Shown piece after piece: positions 1-8,705 of a stretch of DNA of 32,000 nucleotides. The translations under genes were made by a program, and so were the position numbers. Every line of letters begins with the position of its first letter. The first letter of the stretch is position 1. The notes beneath the pieces are model-generated. The model was not told where the DNA came from and did no database searches. It saw only the letters and a program-made list of their open reading frames with translations. The DNA lies in assembly GCF_042797905.1 (NCBI RefSeq), contig NZ_JBHVKW010000012.1:50374-82373 (forward strand), in the 5' to 3' direction. The DNA comes from Amycolatopsis sp. NPDC057786 (GTDB taxonomy: Bacteria > Actinomycetota > Actinomycetes > Mycobacteriales > Pseudonocardiaceae).

Positions 1-1478
1 GACCAGCCCGCCCGGTGTTCGGCGACCACGGCGCCGGCGCGCAGCACCAGCACCCGGTCGCTCAGACGAAGATCGTCGAGCTCGTCGCTGACGATCAGCA
101 CCGCTTTGCCCTCCGCGCGCACCCGGTCGACGACCGCGAGCAGCGCTTCCTTCGATTTCACGTCCACGCCCGCGGTCGGGTTGATGAGCACCACCAGGCG
201 CGGATCCCCGGCCAGCGCGCGGGCGAGGACGACTTTCTGCTGGTTGCCACCGGAAAGGTCGGACACCGGCTGGTCCGCGTCGGCCGCGACGATGTCGTAG
301 TCCTTCAACGCCTGGGCGGCACGGCCGTAGCGCACACCCGGTGCCGCCAGGCCACCCTTCCCCATGCGGTCCAGAATGGACAATGTGGCGTTGTCCGCGA
401 TGGAGTGCTCCAGCACCAGCCCCTCGTGGTGCCGGTCCCTCGGCACACAACCGATCCCGGCGCGGATGGCGGCCGGGATGTCGCCCGGTTTCAGCGGCTT
501 CCCGTCCACCTTGATCGTGCCGCCGGACGGCGAACGCAGACCGTACACGGTTTCGGCGACCTGGTGCTTGCCGCTGGCGTTACTGCCCGCGAGCCCGATC
601 ACCTCGCCGCGATGGATCCGGAACGTCACATCCTCGAAGCCGTCACCGGAAAGGCCGTCGACGGTCAGCACCTCGTCGGCGTCCACGGCCAGCGCTTCGC
701 GGGTGGAGGCGTCGCGCACGGAAAGCCCGCCCTGTTCACCGGTCATCGCGTCGATCAGCTCGGCACGGCCGACCTCGGAGACCGGCGCGGTCAGAATGTG
801 CTTGGCGTCGCGCAGCACGGTGACCGCCTGGCAGACTTCGTAGACCTCGTGGAGGTGATGCGAGATGAACAGGAACGTCACCCCGCTGTCCTGCATCTGG
901 CGCATCCGCGCGAAGAGCCGTTCGATCGCCTGGCTGTCGAGCTGGGCCGTCGGCTCGTCCAGCACGATGAACCGGGCACCGTAGGACAACGCGCGCGCGA
1001 TCTCGACGAACTGCCGGTCCTCCACCGAAAGCTCGCCGGCCGGGGTGTCGACGTCGACCCGCACGTCCCAGGAGTCGAGCAGTTCCCGTGCCTGGCGGCG
1101 CAACCGCTGCCAGCCGATCGCGAACCCCTTGCCGGACTGGCGGTTGAGGAACAGGTTCTCCGCGACGGTCAGCTGTGGGACGACCATCGCGTGCTGGTAG
1201 ACGCAGGCGACCGCGCGTTTCCAGTCGTCCTGCCTTGACAAGGGCGGTGCGGGGACGCCACCGAACTCGACGTGGCCGGTGTCCGTTTTGGACAGTCCGG
1301 TGAGGATGGAGACGAGGGTCGATTTCCCGGCACCGTTGCGGCCGACGAGCGCGTGCGACTCGCCGGGGTGCACGGTGAGGCTGACGTCGGACAGCGCCAC
1401 GGTCGGTCCGTAGCGTTTTCCGACGCCCTGTGCGCTGACCACCGGCACGGCGGCGGACCCGGCGGGCAGCGCGCTCAC
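1..1478 (-). CDS. Sugar (CUT2/ribose-type) ABC transporter ATP-binding protein with two fused NBDs; the 3-prime end runs off the left edge of the window
   Basis: Absent from the ORF track because it has no stop codon inside the window. Hand translation of the reverse complement gives VSAQGVGKRYGPTVALSDVSLTVHPGESHALVGRNGAGKSTL (Walker A), FIVLDEPT (Walker B) and LSGGNQQKVVLARAL (NBD2 signature). The listed + ORF 15..1238 is its antisense shadow. The GTG at 1478 overlaps the TGA of the upstream binding-protein gene (GTGA). GTG 1448 is an alternative start. Confidence 0.85.
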   Translation of the reverse strand, partial: MSALPAGSAAVPVVSAQGVGKRYGPTVALSDVSLTVHPGESHALVGRNGAGKSTLVSILTGLSKTDTGHVEFGGVPAPPLSRQDDWKRAVACVYQHAMVVPQLTVAENLFLNRQSGKGFAIGWQRLRRQARELLDSWDVRVDVDTPAGELSVEDRQFVEIARALSYGARFIVLDEPTAQLDSQAIERLFARMRQMQDSGVTFLFISHHLHEVYEVCQAVTVLRDAKHILTAPVSEVGRAELIDAMTGEQGGLSVRDASTREALAVDADEVLTVDGLSGDGFEDVTFRIHRGEVIGLAGSNASGKHQVAETVYGLRSPSGGTIKVDGKPLKPGDIPAAIRAGIGCVPRDRHHEGLVLEHSIADNATLSILDRMGKGGLAAPGVRYGRAAQALKDYDIVAADADQPVSDLSGGNQQKVVLARALAGDPRLVVLINPTAGVDVKSKEALLAVVDRVRAEGKAVLIVSDELDDLRLSDRVLVLRAGAVVAEHRAGW

Positions 1479-2512
1479 AGGTTGTTCCCCCAGAGTGCCT
1501 TGTCGTCCACGTTGTCCTTGGTGACGACGGGCGCGGGGAGCTGGTCTTCCAGGATGCCAGGGCGGACCTCGACGACGGTGCTGCCGTGGTCGGTCGGCCC
1601 CGCTTTGAAGGTCTCCCCCGCCATGGCCTTCTTGATCCAGTACATGCCGTACTTGGCGTAGTCGTCAGCGGGCTGGGAGACGGTCGCGTCGAGTTCGCCG
1701 GCGCGGATCGCGGCGAGTTCCTGCGGGATGCCGTCGTTGCTGACCAGCACGACATGTTTCGGGTCGCCGACCGGGAAGTAGAGGTTCTTGCGCTTGAGCG
1801 CCTGCTGCGTCGGCGCCAGGTAGACGCCACCCGCCTGCATGTACACGGCCTTGATGTCCGGGTTGGCGGTCAGCAGACTGTCCAAACCGGACGAAGCCTT
1901 GTCCGCCTTCCACTCGGCGGCGACCTCCAGCACCTGGACGTCCGGGTACTTCGTCTTCATGCACTGCCGGAACGCCTCGGAGCGGTCGCGCCCGTTGACC
2001 GAGGCCAGATCCCCCATGACCTGCACGACCTTGCCCGACGTCACCTTCGCGCCGATCGCCTCACAGGCCTTGGTGCCGTATGCCTTGTTGTCCGCGCGCA
2101 CCACCATCGCGACCTTGCCGCTCTCCGGGGCGACGTCGACGGCGACCACCGGGACGCCCTTGTTCTCCGCCGCCTTGAGTCCCGCCACGACGGCGGCGGA
2201 GTCCAGCGGCGTCACGACCAGGCCCTTGACTCCCTGGTTGAGCAGGGTGTTGATGTCGGTGATCTGCTTCGCCGAGTCGCTGTCCGCGTTGACCGTCGGC
2301 AGCGCCTCGACGCCCTGTTCCTTGGCCTTCAGCGGTACGTAGTTGTTGTAGGCCTGCCAGAACGGCGAGGTCAGCAACGGGATCGTCGCGCCGACCTTGC
2401 CACCTCCGCCCGCACCCGGCTGGGGAGCGTTGTCCTTCGTGGACCCGCAGGCCGACAGTGCCAGCCCGAGCGCGGTCGCCGCGGCGGCCACCTTGATCAC
2501 CCTCGTACGCAC
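1475..2512 (-). CDS. Sugar ABC transporter substrate-binding lipoprotein (periplasmic binding protein type I, ribose/xylose-like)
   Basis: Lower part of ORF 1475..3010. The GTG at 2512 is preceded by AAGGAGGA 6 nt upstream. The N-terminus MRTRVIKVAAAATALGLALSAC|GS is a lipobox signal peptide. The body has the PBP-I sugar-binding pattern (VVTPLDS, VPVVAVD). The upstream 166 codons of the listed ORF overlap the SDR gene and are Arg/Pro-rich junk. Confidence 0.85.
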   Translation of the reverse strand: MRTRVIKVAAAATALGLALSACGSTKDNAPQPGAGGGGKVGATIPLLTSPFWQAYNNYVPLKAKEQGVEALPTVNADSDSAKQITDINTLLNQGVKGLVVTPLDSAAVVAGLKAAENKGVPVVAVDVAPESGKVAMVVRADNKAYGTKACEAIGAKVTSGKVVQVMGDLASVNGRDRSEAFRQCMKTKYPDVQVLEVAAEWKADKASSGLDSLLTANPDIKAVYMQAGGVYLAPTQQALKRKNLYFPVGDPKHVVLVSNDGIPQELAAIRAGELDATVSQPADDYAKYGMYWIKKAMAGETFKAGPTDHGSTVVEVRPGILEDQLPAPVVTKDNVDDKALWGNNL

Positions 2513-2538
2513 CGCATCCTCCTTGATGACAGCGAAAA

Positions 2539-3297
2539 CTACTGCTGGACCGGGCCGCGCGGACGCAGCCCGTACATACCTCCGTCGACAGCGAGCGCCG
2601 TTCCGGTGGTCGAAGCCGACAGCGGGCTGGCCAGGTACACGACCGCGTTCGCGACCTCGTCCGCCTTGACCAGCCTGCCCATCGGCTGACGGGCGGCCAG
2701 CGCGGCGCGTTCGGCCTCCGGATCGCCCGCCGCGTCGAGCAGCCTGCCGACCCACGGGGTGTCCGCGGTGCCGGGGCAGACGCAGTTGACCCTGATCCGG
2801 TCGGCGAGGTGGTCGGTCGCCATCGCCAGGGTCAGCGAGAGCACCGCGCCCTTGCTCGCCGAGTACAGCGCGCGGTTGGGCAGGCCCGCCCACGCGGCGA
2901 TCGAACAGGTGTTGACGATCGCGGCCGACGGCGAGTTCTTGAGGTGCGGCAACGCCGCCCTCGCCAGCCGCACCATGCCGACGACGTTGATGTCGAGCAC
3001 GCGGTGCCATTCGTCGTCGCTGTTGGCGGTGACGTCACCCTGCGCGCCGATACCCGCGTTGTTGACCAGGATGTCGAGCCTGCCGAAGCGTTCCGCGACC
3101 GCGTCGATCGCCGACCGGACCTCTTCGTCGGAGCCGACGTCGCAGCGGAATCCGGCGAGGCCTTCGGGAAGGTCGCCGGGATTCAGGTCGAGGACCGCGA
3201 CCTTCGCCCCGCGTGAGGCGAGCAGTTCCGCGGTGGCCCGGCCGATTCCCGACGCGCCTCCGGTGACCGCCGCGACGAGGCCTTCGAACTCACTCAC
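2539..3297 (-). CDS. Short-chain dehydrogenase/reductase; by context a candidate 2-keto-3-deoxy-L-fuconate 4-dehydrogenase
   Basis: Carries TGGASGIG (Rossmann), NNAG and YSASK (YxxxK). The GTG at 3297 has a GGAG about 8 nt upstream and overlaps the fucD TGA (GTGA). ATG 3315 is an alternative start. The substrate assignment is inferred only from operon context. Confidence 0.75.
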   Translation of the reverse strand: MSEFEGLVAAVTGGASGIGRATAELLASRGAKVAVLDLNPGDLPEGLAGFRCDVGSDEEVRSAIDAVAERFGRLDILVNNAGIGAQGDVTANSDDEWHRVLDINVVGMVRLARAALPHLKNSPSAAIVNTCSIAAWAGLPNRALYSASKGAVLSLTLAMATDHLADRIRVNCVCPGTADTPWVGRLLDAAGDPEAERAALAARQPMGRLVKADEVANAVVYLASPLSASTTGTALAVDGGMYGLRPRGPVQQ

Positions 3298-4595
3298 TTG
3301 CTTGTCTCCGTCCATTCCGGACCGTCGGGGAAGGTGAACCGGCGCAGCGTCGCGTCGTGCATCCGGGCCGAGAAACCCGGCGCGGACGGGGCGACGTAGC
3401 GGCCGTCGACGACGGCGGCCGGGTCGGTGAAGTGCTCGTGGAGGTGGTCGACCCACTCGATGGACCGGTCGGTGTCGGAGCCGGACACCGCGACGAAATC
3501 GAACATCGACAGGTGCCGGACGAGTTCGCACAGCCCGACGCCGCCGGCGTGCGGGCACACCGGGATCCCGAACTTGGCCGCCAGCAACAGGATCGCCAGG
3601 TTCTCGTTGAACCCGCCGACCCTGGCGGCGTCCAGCTGCAGTACCGAGATCGCGCCCGCCTGGAGCAACTGCTTGAACACCACGCGGTTCTGGACGTGCT
3701 CGCCGGTGGCCACCCGGATCGGGGCGAGCGCCTTGGCGATCGCGGCGTGCCCGAGGACGTCGTCCGGCGAAGTGGGTTCCTCGATCCAGTACGGGTCGTA
3801 CGGCGCCAGCGCGGTCATCCAGGTGATCGCGGTCGAGACGTCCCAGCGCTGGTTCGCGTCGACGGCGACCCGGATGTCCGGGCCGACGGTCTCGCGGGCG
3901 AGCTTCATCCGGCGGACGTCGTCCTCCAGATTCCCGCCGACCTTCAGCTTGATCATCTCGAACCCGTCCGCCACCGCCTGTTCGGCGAGCCGGACCAGTT
4001 TCGCGTCCGAATAGCCGAGCCAGCCGGGAGAAGTGCTGTACGCGCGGTATCCGTCACGCTCGATCCGGGCGATCCGCTCGGCGCGGCCCGGCTCGGCGGC
4101 GCGGAGGATGTCGAGCGCCTCCTGTTCGGTCAGCGCGTCGGTCAGGTAGCGGAAGTCGACGAGGGAGACCAGGTCCTCCGGCGACATCTCGGCGGCGAAT
4201 CGCCAGACCGGGAGCCCGGCGACGCGCGCCGCGAGATCCCAGGCGGCGTTGACGACCGCGCCGATCGCCATATGCGCGACCCCCTTTTCCGGGCCGAGCC
4301 AGCGCAGCTGCGAATCGCCGACCAGTGTCCGCGACAACGCGCCGAGCGCGGCAGCGTCGGTGGGCACGTCCCTGCCGACGACGTGCGGCTCCAGCGCGCG
4401 GATCGCCGCGGCCTGGACGTCGTTGCCGCGTCCGATGGTGAAGGCGAGCCCGTAGCCGTCCGGGCCGCCGTCGGTGTGCAGCACGACGTACGCGGCCGAG
4501 TAGTCCGGGTCCGGATTCATGGCGTCCGAACCGTCGAGCTCCCGCGAGGTGGGGAACCGGACGTCGAGCACCTCCATGCCCACGATCTTCGCCAT
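3294..4595 (-). CDS. fucD: L-fuconate dehydratase (enolase superfamily, mandelate racemase subgroup)
   Basis: The 433-aa product is collinear, from memory, with the characterised Xanthomonas campestris FucD. Shared blocks: [106 protein letters not shown]. The ATG at 4595 overlaps the upstream TGA by 1 nt. GTG 4598 is an alternative start. Confidence 0.9.
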   Translation of the reverse strand: MAKIVGMEVLDVRFPTSRELDGSDAMNPDPDYSAAYVVLHTDGGPDGYGLAFTIGRGNDVQAAAIRALEPHVVGRDVPTDAAALGALSRTLVGDSQLRWLGPEKGVAHMAIGAVVNAAWDLAARVAGLPVWRFAAEMSPEDLVSLVDFRYLTDALTEQEALDILRAAEPGRAERIARIERDGYRAYSTSPGWLGYSDAKLVRLAEQAVADGFEMIKLKVGGNLEDDVRRMKLARETVGPDIRVAVDANQRWDVSTAITWMTALAPYDPYWIEEPTSPDDVLGHAAIAKALAPIRVATGEHVQNRVVFKQLLQAGAISVLQLDAARVGGFNENLAILLLAAKFGIPVCPHAGGVGLCELVRHLSMFDFVAVSGSDTDRSIEWVDHLHEHFTDPAAVVDGRYVAPSAPGFSARMHDATLRRFTFPDGPEWTETSK

Positions 4596-5455
4596 CACGC
4601 CTGCCTGACGTTCTGGCGCTGACGGCCGAGGCCGTCGATCTCGAGCTCGATGACGTCACCTTCGCGCAAGTACGGCTTGGGGTCGGGCTGACCGAGGGCG
4701 ACGCCTTGCGGAGTGCCGGTGTTGATGAGGTCACCAGGGCGCAGCACCATGTACTGACTCACGTAGCGCACGATCTCGGCGACCGAGAAGATCATGTCCT
4801 TGGTCGACGAGTCCTGCTTCTTCTCGCCGTTGACCCACAACCGCAGGCCGAGGTCCTGCGGGTCGGGCACCTCGTCGGCGGTGACCAGCCACGGGCCGAG
4901 TGGGTTGAAGTTCTCGCACGACTTGCCCTTGTCCCAGGTGCCGCCGCGTTCGAGCTGGAACTCGCGTTCGGACACGTCGTTCGAGACGGTGTAGCCGGCG
5001 ACGTACTGCAAGGCTTCTTCAGCGCTTTCGAGGTAACGCGCGGTCTTGCCGATGACGACGCCGAGCTCGACCTCCCAGTCGGTCTTGGTCGAGCCGCGCG
5101 GCACGAGCACGTCGTCCTCCGGCCCGACAACGACGTCGGATGCCTTCATGAACACGACCGGCTCGGTCGGGACGGCGGCGCCGGACTCCTCGGCGTGCTG
5201 CCGGTAGTTGAGGCCGATGCAGACGACCTTGCCGGGCCGCGCGATCGGCGCGCCCACCCTCGCCCGCGCGGCTTCGGGGCCCGCTTCGGGCAGCTCACCG
5301 GCGGCCAGCGCGGCGGCGGCCCTGGCCACGCCGTCACTCGCGAAGAAGCCGCCATCGATGTCGGCGGTCAGCCCCGAAAGGTCGCGCAGCGTGCCGTCCC
5401 CGGCACGTACGAACGGACGCTCACTTCCCGGCTCCCCGAGTCGCAACAGCTGCAC
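4595..5455 (-). CDS. Fumarylacetoacetate hydrolase (FAH) family protein; by context a candidate 2,4-diketo-3-deoxy-L-fuconate hydrolase
   Basis: FAH-domain motifs are present: [50 protein letters not shown]. The GTG at 5455 ([10 protein letters not shown]...) is preceded by GAAGGGAAG. The longer listed ORF start at 5500 lacks an RBS. Confidence 0.8.
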   Translation of the reverse strand: MQLLRLGEPGSERPFVRAGDGTLRDLSGLTADIDGGFFASDGVARAAAALAAGELPEAGPEAARARVGAPIARPGKVVCIGLNYRQHAEESGAAVPTEPVVFMKASDVVVGPEDDVLVPRGSTKTDWEVELGVVIGKTARYLESAEEALQYVAGYTVSNDVSEREFQLERGGTWDKGKSCENFNPLGPWLVTADEVPDPQDLGLRLWVNGEKKQDSSTKDMIFSVAEIVRYVSQYMVLRPGDLINTGTPQGVALGQPDPKPYLREGDVIELEIDGLGRQRQNVRQA

Positions 5456-5685
5456 GGATCTTCCCTTCAAGCCGAACCGCCAACAATCAACGGCTCCCAC
5501 AGCAACGAACAGACATCCGATGTATACCCGACTACCTTCGCCAAGATCTAGGGGCCGTTCGGATTTCCGCCGAAAATTGATCGGATCAGTCTTGCGAAGT
5601 CCGGGTGGCGAGACTCACAGCGGGAATAGTTACCTACTCTAAGCAAGTTGTTCCTCGCGGAACCATGACTGGGGAAGGAACGAGC

Positions 5686-6930
5686 ATGACCATCGCGCCC
5701 GAGCGAGTGGAAGAACCCGTCGCGCGGCCCGTCACGACCGGCCGCGCCCGATTCGTCCTGATCCTCGGCGGCCTGTCCGCCTTCGGGCCCCTGTCCATCG
5801 ACATGTACCTGCCCGCGCTGCCGCAGATGGCGGGCGAACTGCGCGCGGCGGACGCGACCGTGCAGCTCACGCTGAGCGCGTTCATCATCGGGCTCGCCAT
5901 CGGCCAGCTGATCCTCGGACCGCTGTCCGACGCGATCGGCCGCCGCAAACCGCTCGTGGCGGGTCTCGCGCTCTACATGGTCGGCTCGATCCTGTGCGCC
6001 GTCGCCCCGACCGCGGAACTGCTCATCGCCGCACGAGGCGTCCAGGCCTTCGGCGCCGCGGCGGGCATCGTGATCGCCAGGGCGACCGTGCGCGACCTCT
6101 ACTCCGGCACCGCGATGACGAAGTTCTTCTCGCTGCTCATGCTGGTCAACGGGCTCGCCCCGATCCTGGCGCCGATCATCGGCGGCCAGATCCTGAACTG
6201 GACCTCGTGGCGCGGCGTGTTCGTCTGCCTGACCGTGTTCGGCGCGATCCTGCTCGCCGTCGTGTTCTTCCTGCTGCCGGAACCGCTGCCCGAGGAACGC
6301 CGCACCCCCGCGCGGTTCGGCTCGGTGCTGCGGAAGTACGCGAGCTTGCTCCGCGACCGCGGCTTCCTCGGCTACGCGCTGGCCTCCGGGCTGATGTTCG
6401 GAAGCCTGTTCGCCTACATCTCCGGCTCGTCCTTCGCGCTGCAGGGCGTCTACGGGCTCAGCCCGCAGGCGTACAGCCTGGTGTTCGGGCTCAACGGCAT
6501 CGGCATCGTGGCCGTCGGCCAGCTGAACGGGCGTATCGTCGGCCGCTTCCCGGAACGGACCCTGCTGACCGTCGGTCTCGTCATCGCGGCGGTGGCCGGC
6601 TTCGGCGTCCTGGCCGCGGCGGTACTGGACCTCGGCCTGATCGGGCTGCTGATCCCGCTGTTCGTCCTGGTGTCGAGCATCGGCATGGTGGCACCGAACG
6701 CGAGTTCGCTGGCGCTCGCCGAGCAGGCTCGGTCCGCCGGTTCGGCTTCGGCCCTGCTGGGCGTGCTGCAGTTCGTCGTCGGCGGGCTGGCGACGCCACT
6801 GGTCGGGCTGGGCGGCGCGGGCACCGCGGTCCCGATGGGGATCGTGATGGCGGCCTTCGGCGTGCTCGCGCTGCTGGCCTTCGGGACCATGACGCGGCCT
6901 TCGCGGGCCTTGGTCACCCAGGCGGCCTGA
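5686..6930 (+). CDS. MFS transporter, Bcr/CflA (DHA1) drug-resistance subfamily
   Basis: About 12 predicted TM segments. MFS motif A is GPLSDAIGRRKP and the Bcr-type N-terminus is FGPLSIDMYLPALPQMA. The ATG at 5686 is preceded by GGAAGGA (5673-5679). ATG 5665 is an alternative start. Confidence 0.85.
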   Translation: MTIAPERVEEPVARPVTTGRARFVLILGGLSAFGPLSIDMYLPALPQMAGELRAADATVQLTLSAFIIGLAIGQLILGPLSDAIGRRKPLVAGLALYMVGSILCAVAPTAELLIAARGVQAFGAAAGIVIARATVRDLYSGTAMTKFFSLLMLVNGLAPILAPIIGGQILNWTSWRGVFVCLTVFGAILLAVVFFLLPEPLPEERRTPARFGSVLRKYASLLRDRGFLGYALASGLMFGSLFAYISGSSFALQGVYGLSPQAYSLVFGLNGIGIVAVGQLNGRIVGRFPERTLLTVGLVIAAVAGFGVLAAAVLDLGLIGLLIPLFVLVSSIGMVAPNASSLALAEQARSAGSASALLGVLQFVVGGLATPLVGLGGAGTAVPMGIVMAAFGVLALLAFGTMTRPSRALVTQAA

Positions 6931-6944
6931 CTCGCCTTCAAACG

Positions 6945-6995
6945 CTAGGAAAGGACCTTTCCTAGCAAAATTTGCAAGGAAAGGTCCTTTCCTAG
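6945..6995. repeat. 51-bp compound palindrome between convergent genes; probable bidirectional terminator
   Basis: CTAGGAAAGGaCCTTTCCTAG (6945-6965), CAAAATTTG (6966-6974) and CAAGGAAAGGtCCTTTCCTAG (6975-6995). Each outer unit is self-complementary. The AT-rich spacer, with its flanking G and C (GCAAAaTTTGC, 6965-6975), is also self-complementary. The whole is nearly its own reverse complement. It lies 14 nt after the MFS stop and 12 nt after the reductase stop. Confidence 0.7.
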
Positions 6996-7007
6996 CATCC
7001 CGAGGGG

Positions 7008-8231
7008 TCAAACGAGCGACTTGAGGTCAGCCGTCCTCAACTGCTCCGCGGTCACCGCCGCGCGTCCCTCGACCAGCGCCTTCAAGGCGTCCCCGTCGTC
7101 CCACTGGTTGACGTTCATCGCGGCGGCCACCTGCCCGTCCCGCAGCCAGAACGCCGTGAAGTCGCGCGACGCGAGGTCGCCCCGCACCACGAGCTCGTCG
7201 CGTTCGGGGTCGGCGAGCCCCCGGTATTCGCAGCCGAGGTCGTACTGGTCCGAGAAGAAATAAGGACTCCGCAGGTACGGCTCGTTCTCGCCCAGCAGGT
7301 TCCTGGCGACGTGCTCGCCCTGCCATTTCGCGTTCGACCAGTGCTCGACGCGGACACGCTTTCCGTAGCGGGGATGGAAATGCGCGGCGATGTCGCCGAT
7401 GGCGTAGACATCGGGCGCCGCGGTCCGCAGACCGGCGTCGGCGCAGACACCGCCGTCGTCGGACAGTTCCAGCCCGGCGGCGTGCGCGAGGTCGACCCGC
7501 GGCGCGGCGCCCACGGCCACGAGTACGACATCCGCGGGGAGCTCGTCACCACTCCTCAGGCGGACGCCCGTCACCCCGTCCGGGCCGCCGGTGAAGCCGG
7601 CGACGCCTTCACCCAGACGCCAGTTCACGCCGTGCTCGGTGTGCAGGCCTTTGAAGACCTCGGACACCTGCTCGCCCAGCACCGCGAGCAGCGGTGAGCC
7701 GACCTGGTCGACCACGGTCACCTCGGCGCCGTGTTCCCTGGCGGCCGCCGCGGCCTCGGTCCCGATCCAGCCCGCGCCGACGATCACCACCCGTCCGGCG
7801 TCCTTGAACGCCGAGCGCAGCGCCAGCGCGTCGTCCAGGGTGCGCAGGGTCCGCAGGCCCGGCAGATCCCCGCCGGGCACCGGCAGCGATCGCGGCCGCG
7901 AGCCGGTCGCGAGCACGAGCCGGTCGAAACGGTGTTCACCGCCCGCGTCGTCGTGCACCAGCCGGGCACCGAGTTCGATCTTGGTCGCGGTCGCGCCGCT
8001 GGAGAACGCGATGTCCTTCTCCGCGTAGAAACCCTCGTCGTGCACCCAGTCGGGTTCATCGGTGTTGCCCATCAGAAGCCCCTTGGACAAGGGCGGTAAT
8101 TCGTACGGGCGATGCGTGTCGGTGCCGAGCAGCAGGATTTCTCCCGCGTAGCCGCGTTCCCGCAGCGTTCCGGCCGCCGTCGCTCCGGCGAGACCGGCTC
8201 CGACGATGACGATCTTCCTGGGTTCGGACAT
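7008..8231 (-). CDS. FAD/NAD(P)H-dependent ferredoxin reductase-type oxidoreductase (pyridine nucleotide-disulfide oxidoreductase fold)
   Basis: KIVIVGAGLAG is the FAD GxGxxG motif, VVIVGAGWIGTE is the NAD(P) motif and YAIGD is the distal FAD motif. The C-terminal reductase dimerisation region resembles putidaredoxin/rhodocoxin reductases. The ATG at 8231 is preceded by GGGAGG 7 nt upstream. Confidence 0.8.
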   Translation of the reverse strand: MSEPRKIVIVGAGLAGATAAGTLRERGYAGEILLLGTDTHRPYELPPLSKGLLMGNTDEPDWVHDEGFYAEKDIAFSSGATATKIELGARLVHDDAGGEHRFDRLVLATGSRPRSLPVPGGDLPGLRTLRTLDDALALRSAFKDAGRVVIVGAGWIGTEAAAAAREHGAEVTVVDQVGSPLLAVLGEQVSEVFKGLHTEHGVNWRLGEGVAGFTGGPDGVTGVRLRSGDELPADVVLVAVGAAPRVDLAHAAGLELSDDGGVCADAGLRTAAPDVYAIGDIAAHFHPRYGKRVRVEHWSNAKWQGEHVARNLLGENEPYLRSPYFFSDQYDLGCEYRGLADPERDELVVRGDLASRDFTAFWLRDGQVAAAMNVNQWDDGDALKALVEGRAAVTAEQLRTADLKSLV

Positions 8232-8413
8232 CCCATGACCTCCCAAGCAGTCCCTCCCCCGGACGCTACTCCCGTTCTTCCCCGTCCGGCCTAGCGAAAG
8301 CGGAAGTCGATCACGATCCGGAGGTTCGGTTAACCCATCAGTAGGAATGTCGGGTTATCCGCGTCACGGCCCCGAAAGCGCCTCGTCCCAGCCTCGGACG
8401 AGAAAGGGAGAAC

Positions 8414-8647
8414 ATGGGATACGGGAGGATGAGGACGTTGGCACCCCGGGACGAATGGTCGGTCGGCTGCCGGGATCTCGCGGGCAGGCGCAGAGACGTG
8501 ACGGTGTTCGTGAGCAGCGACAAGATCGTGCTCGTGGCACCGCCCGGAGAGGCCGCCGTACTCGGGCCGCTGGACGTGGGGCGCCTGCGCGCCGCGCTCC
8601 GCGACGCCGTGGTCGCGGTGGCCGAACATCCGGACCACCATGAATGA
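8414..8647 (+). CDS. Hypothetical small protein (77 aa), function unknown
   Basis: G/C-ending codons dominate this frame, as in neighbouring genes. AAGGGAGA lies just upstream of the ATG. The composition is non-repetitive and protein-like (VFVSSDKIVLVAPPGEAAVLGPLDVGRLRAALRDAV). I recognise no family motif. Confidence 0.5.
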   Translation: MGYGRMRTLAPRDEWSVGCRDLAGRRRDVTVFVSSDKIVLVAPPGEAAVLGPLDVGRLRAALRDAVVAVAEHPDHHE

Positions 8648-8705
8648 CAACTACCGTTCCTACTTCTGAGTAGGTAGAGTCGGCCCCGTTCGGAAGGAGC
8701 CGGCC

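Noticed and set aside
15-1238. A 407-aa plus-strand ORF at the left edge
   Set aside because: It is the antisense shadow of the ABC ATPase. The reverse complement translates into canonical Walker A/B and signature motifs, while this frame gives low-complexity Arg/His/Asp-rich sequence.
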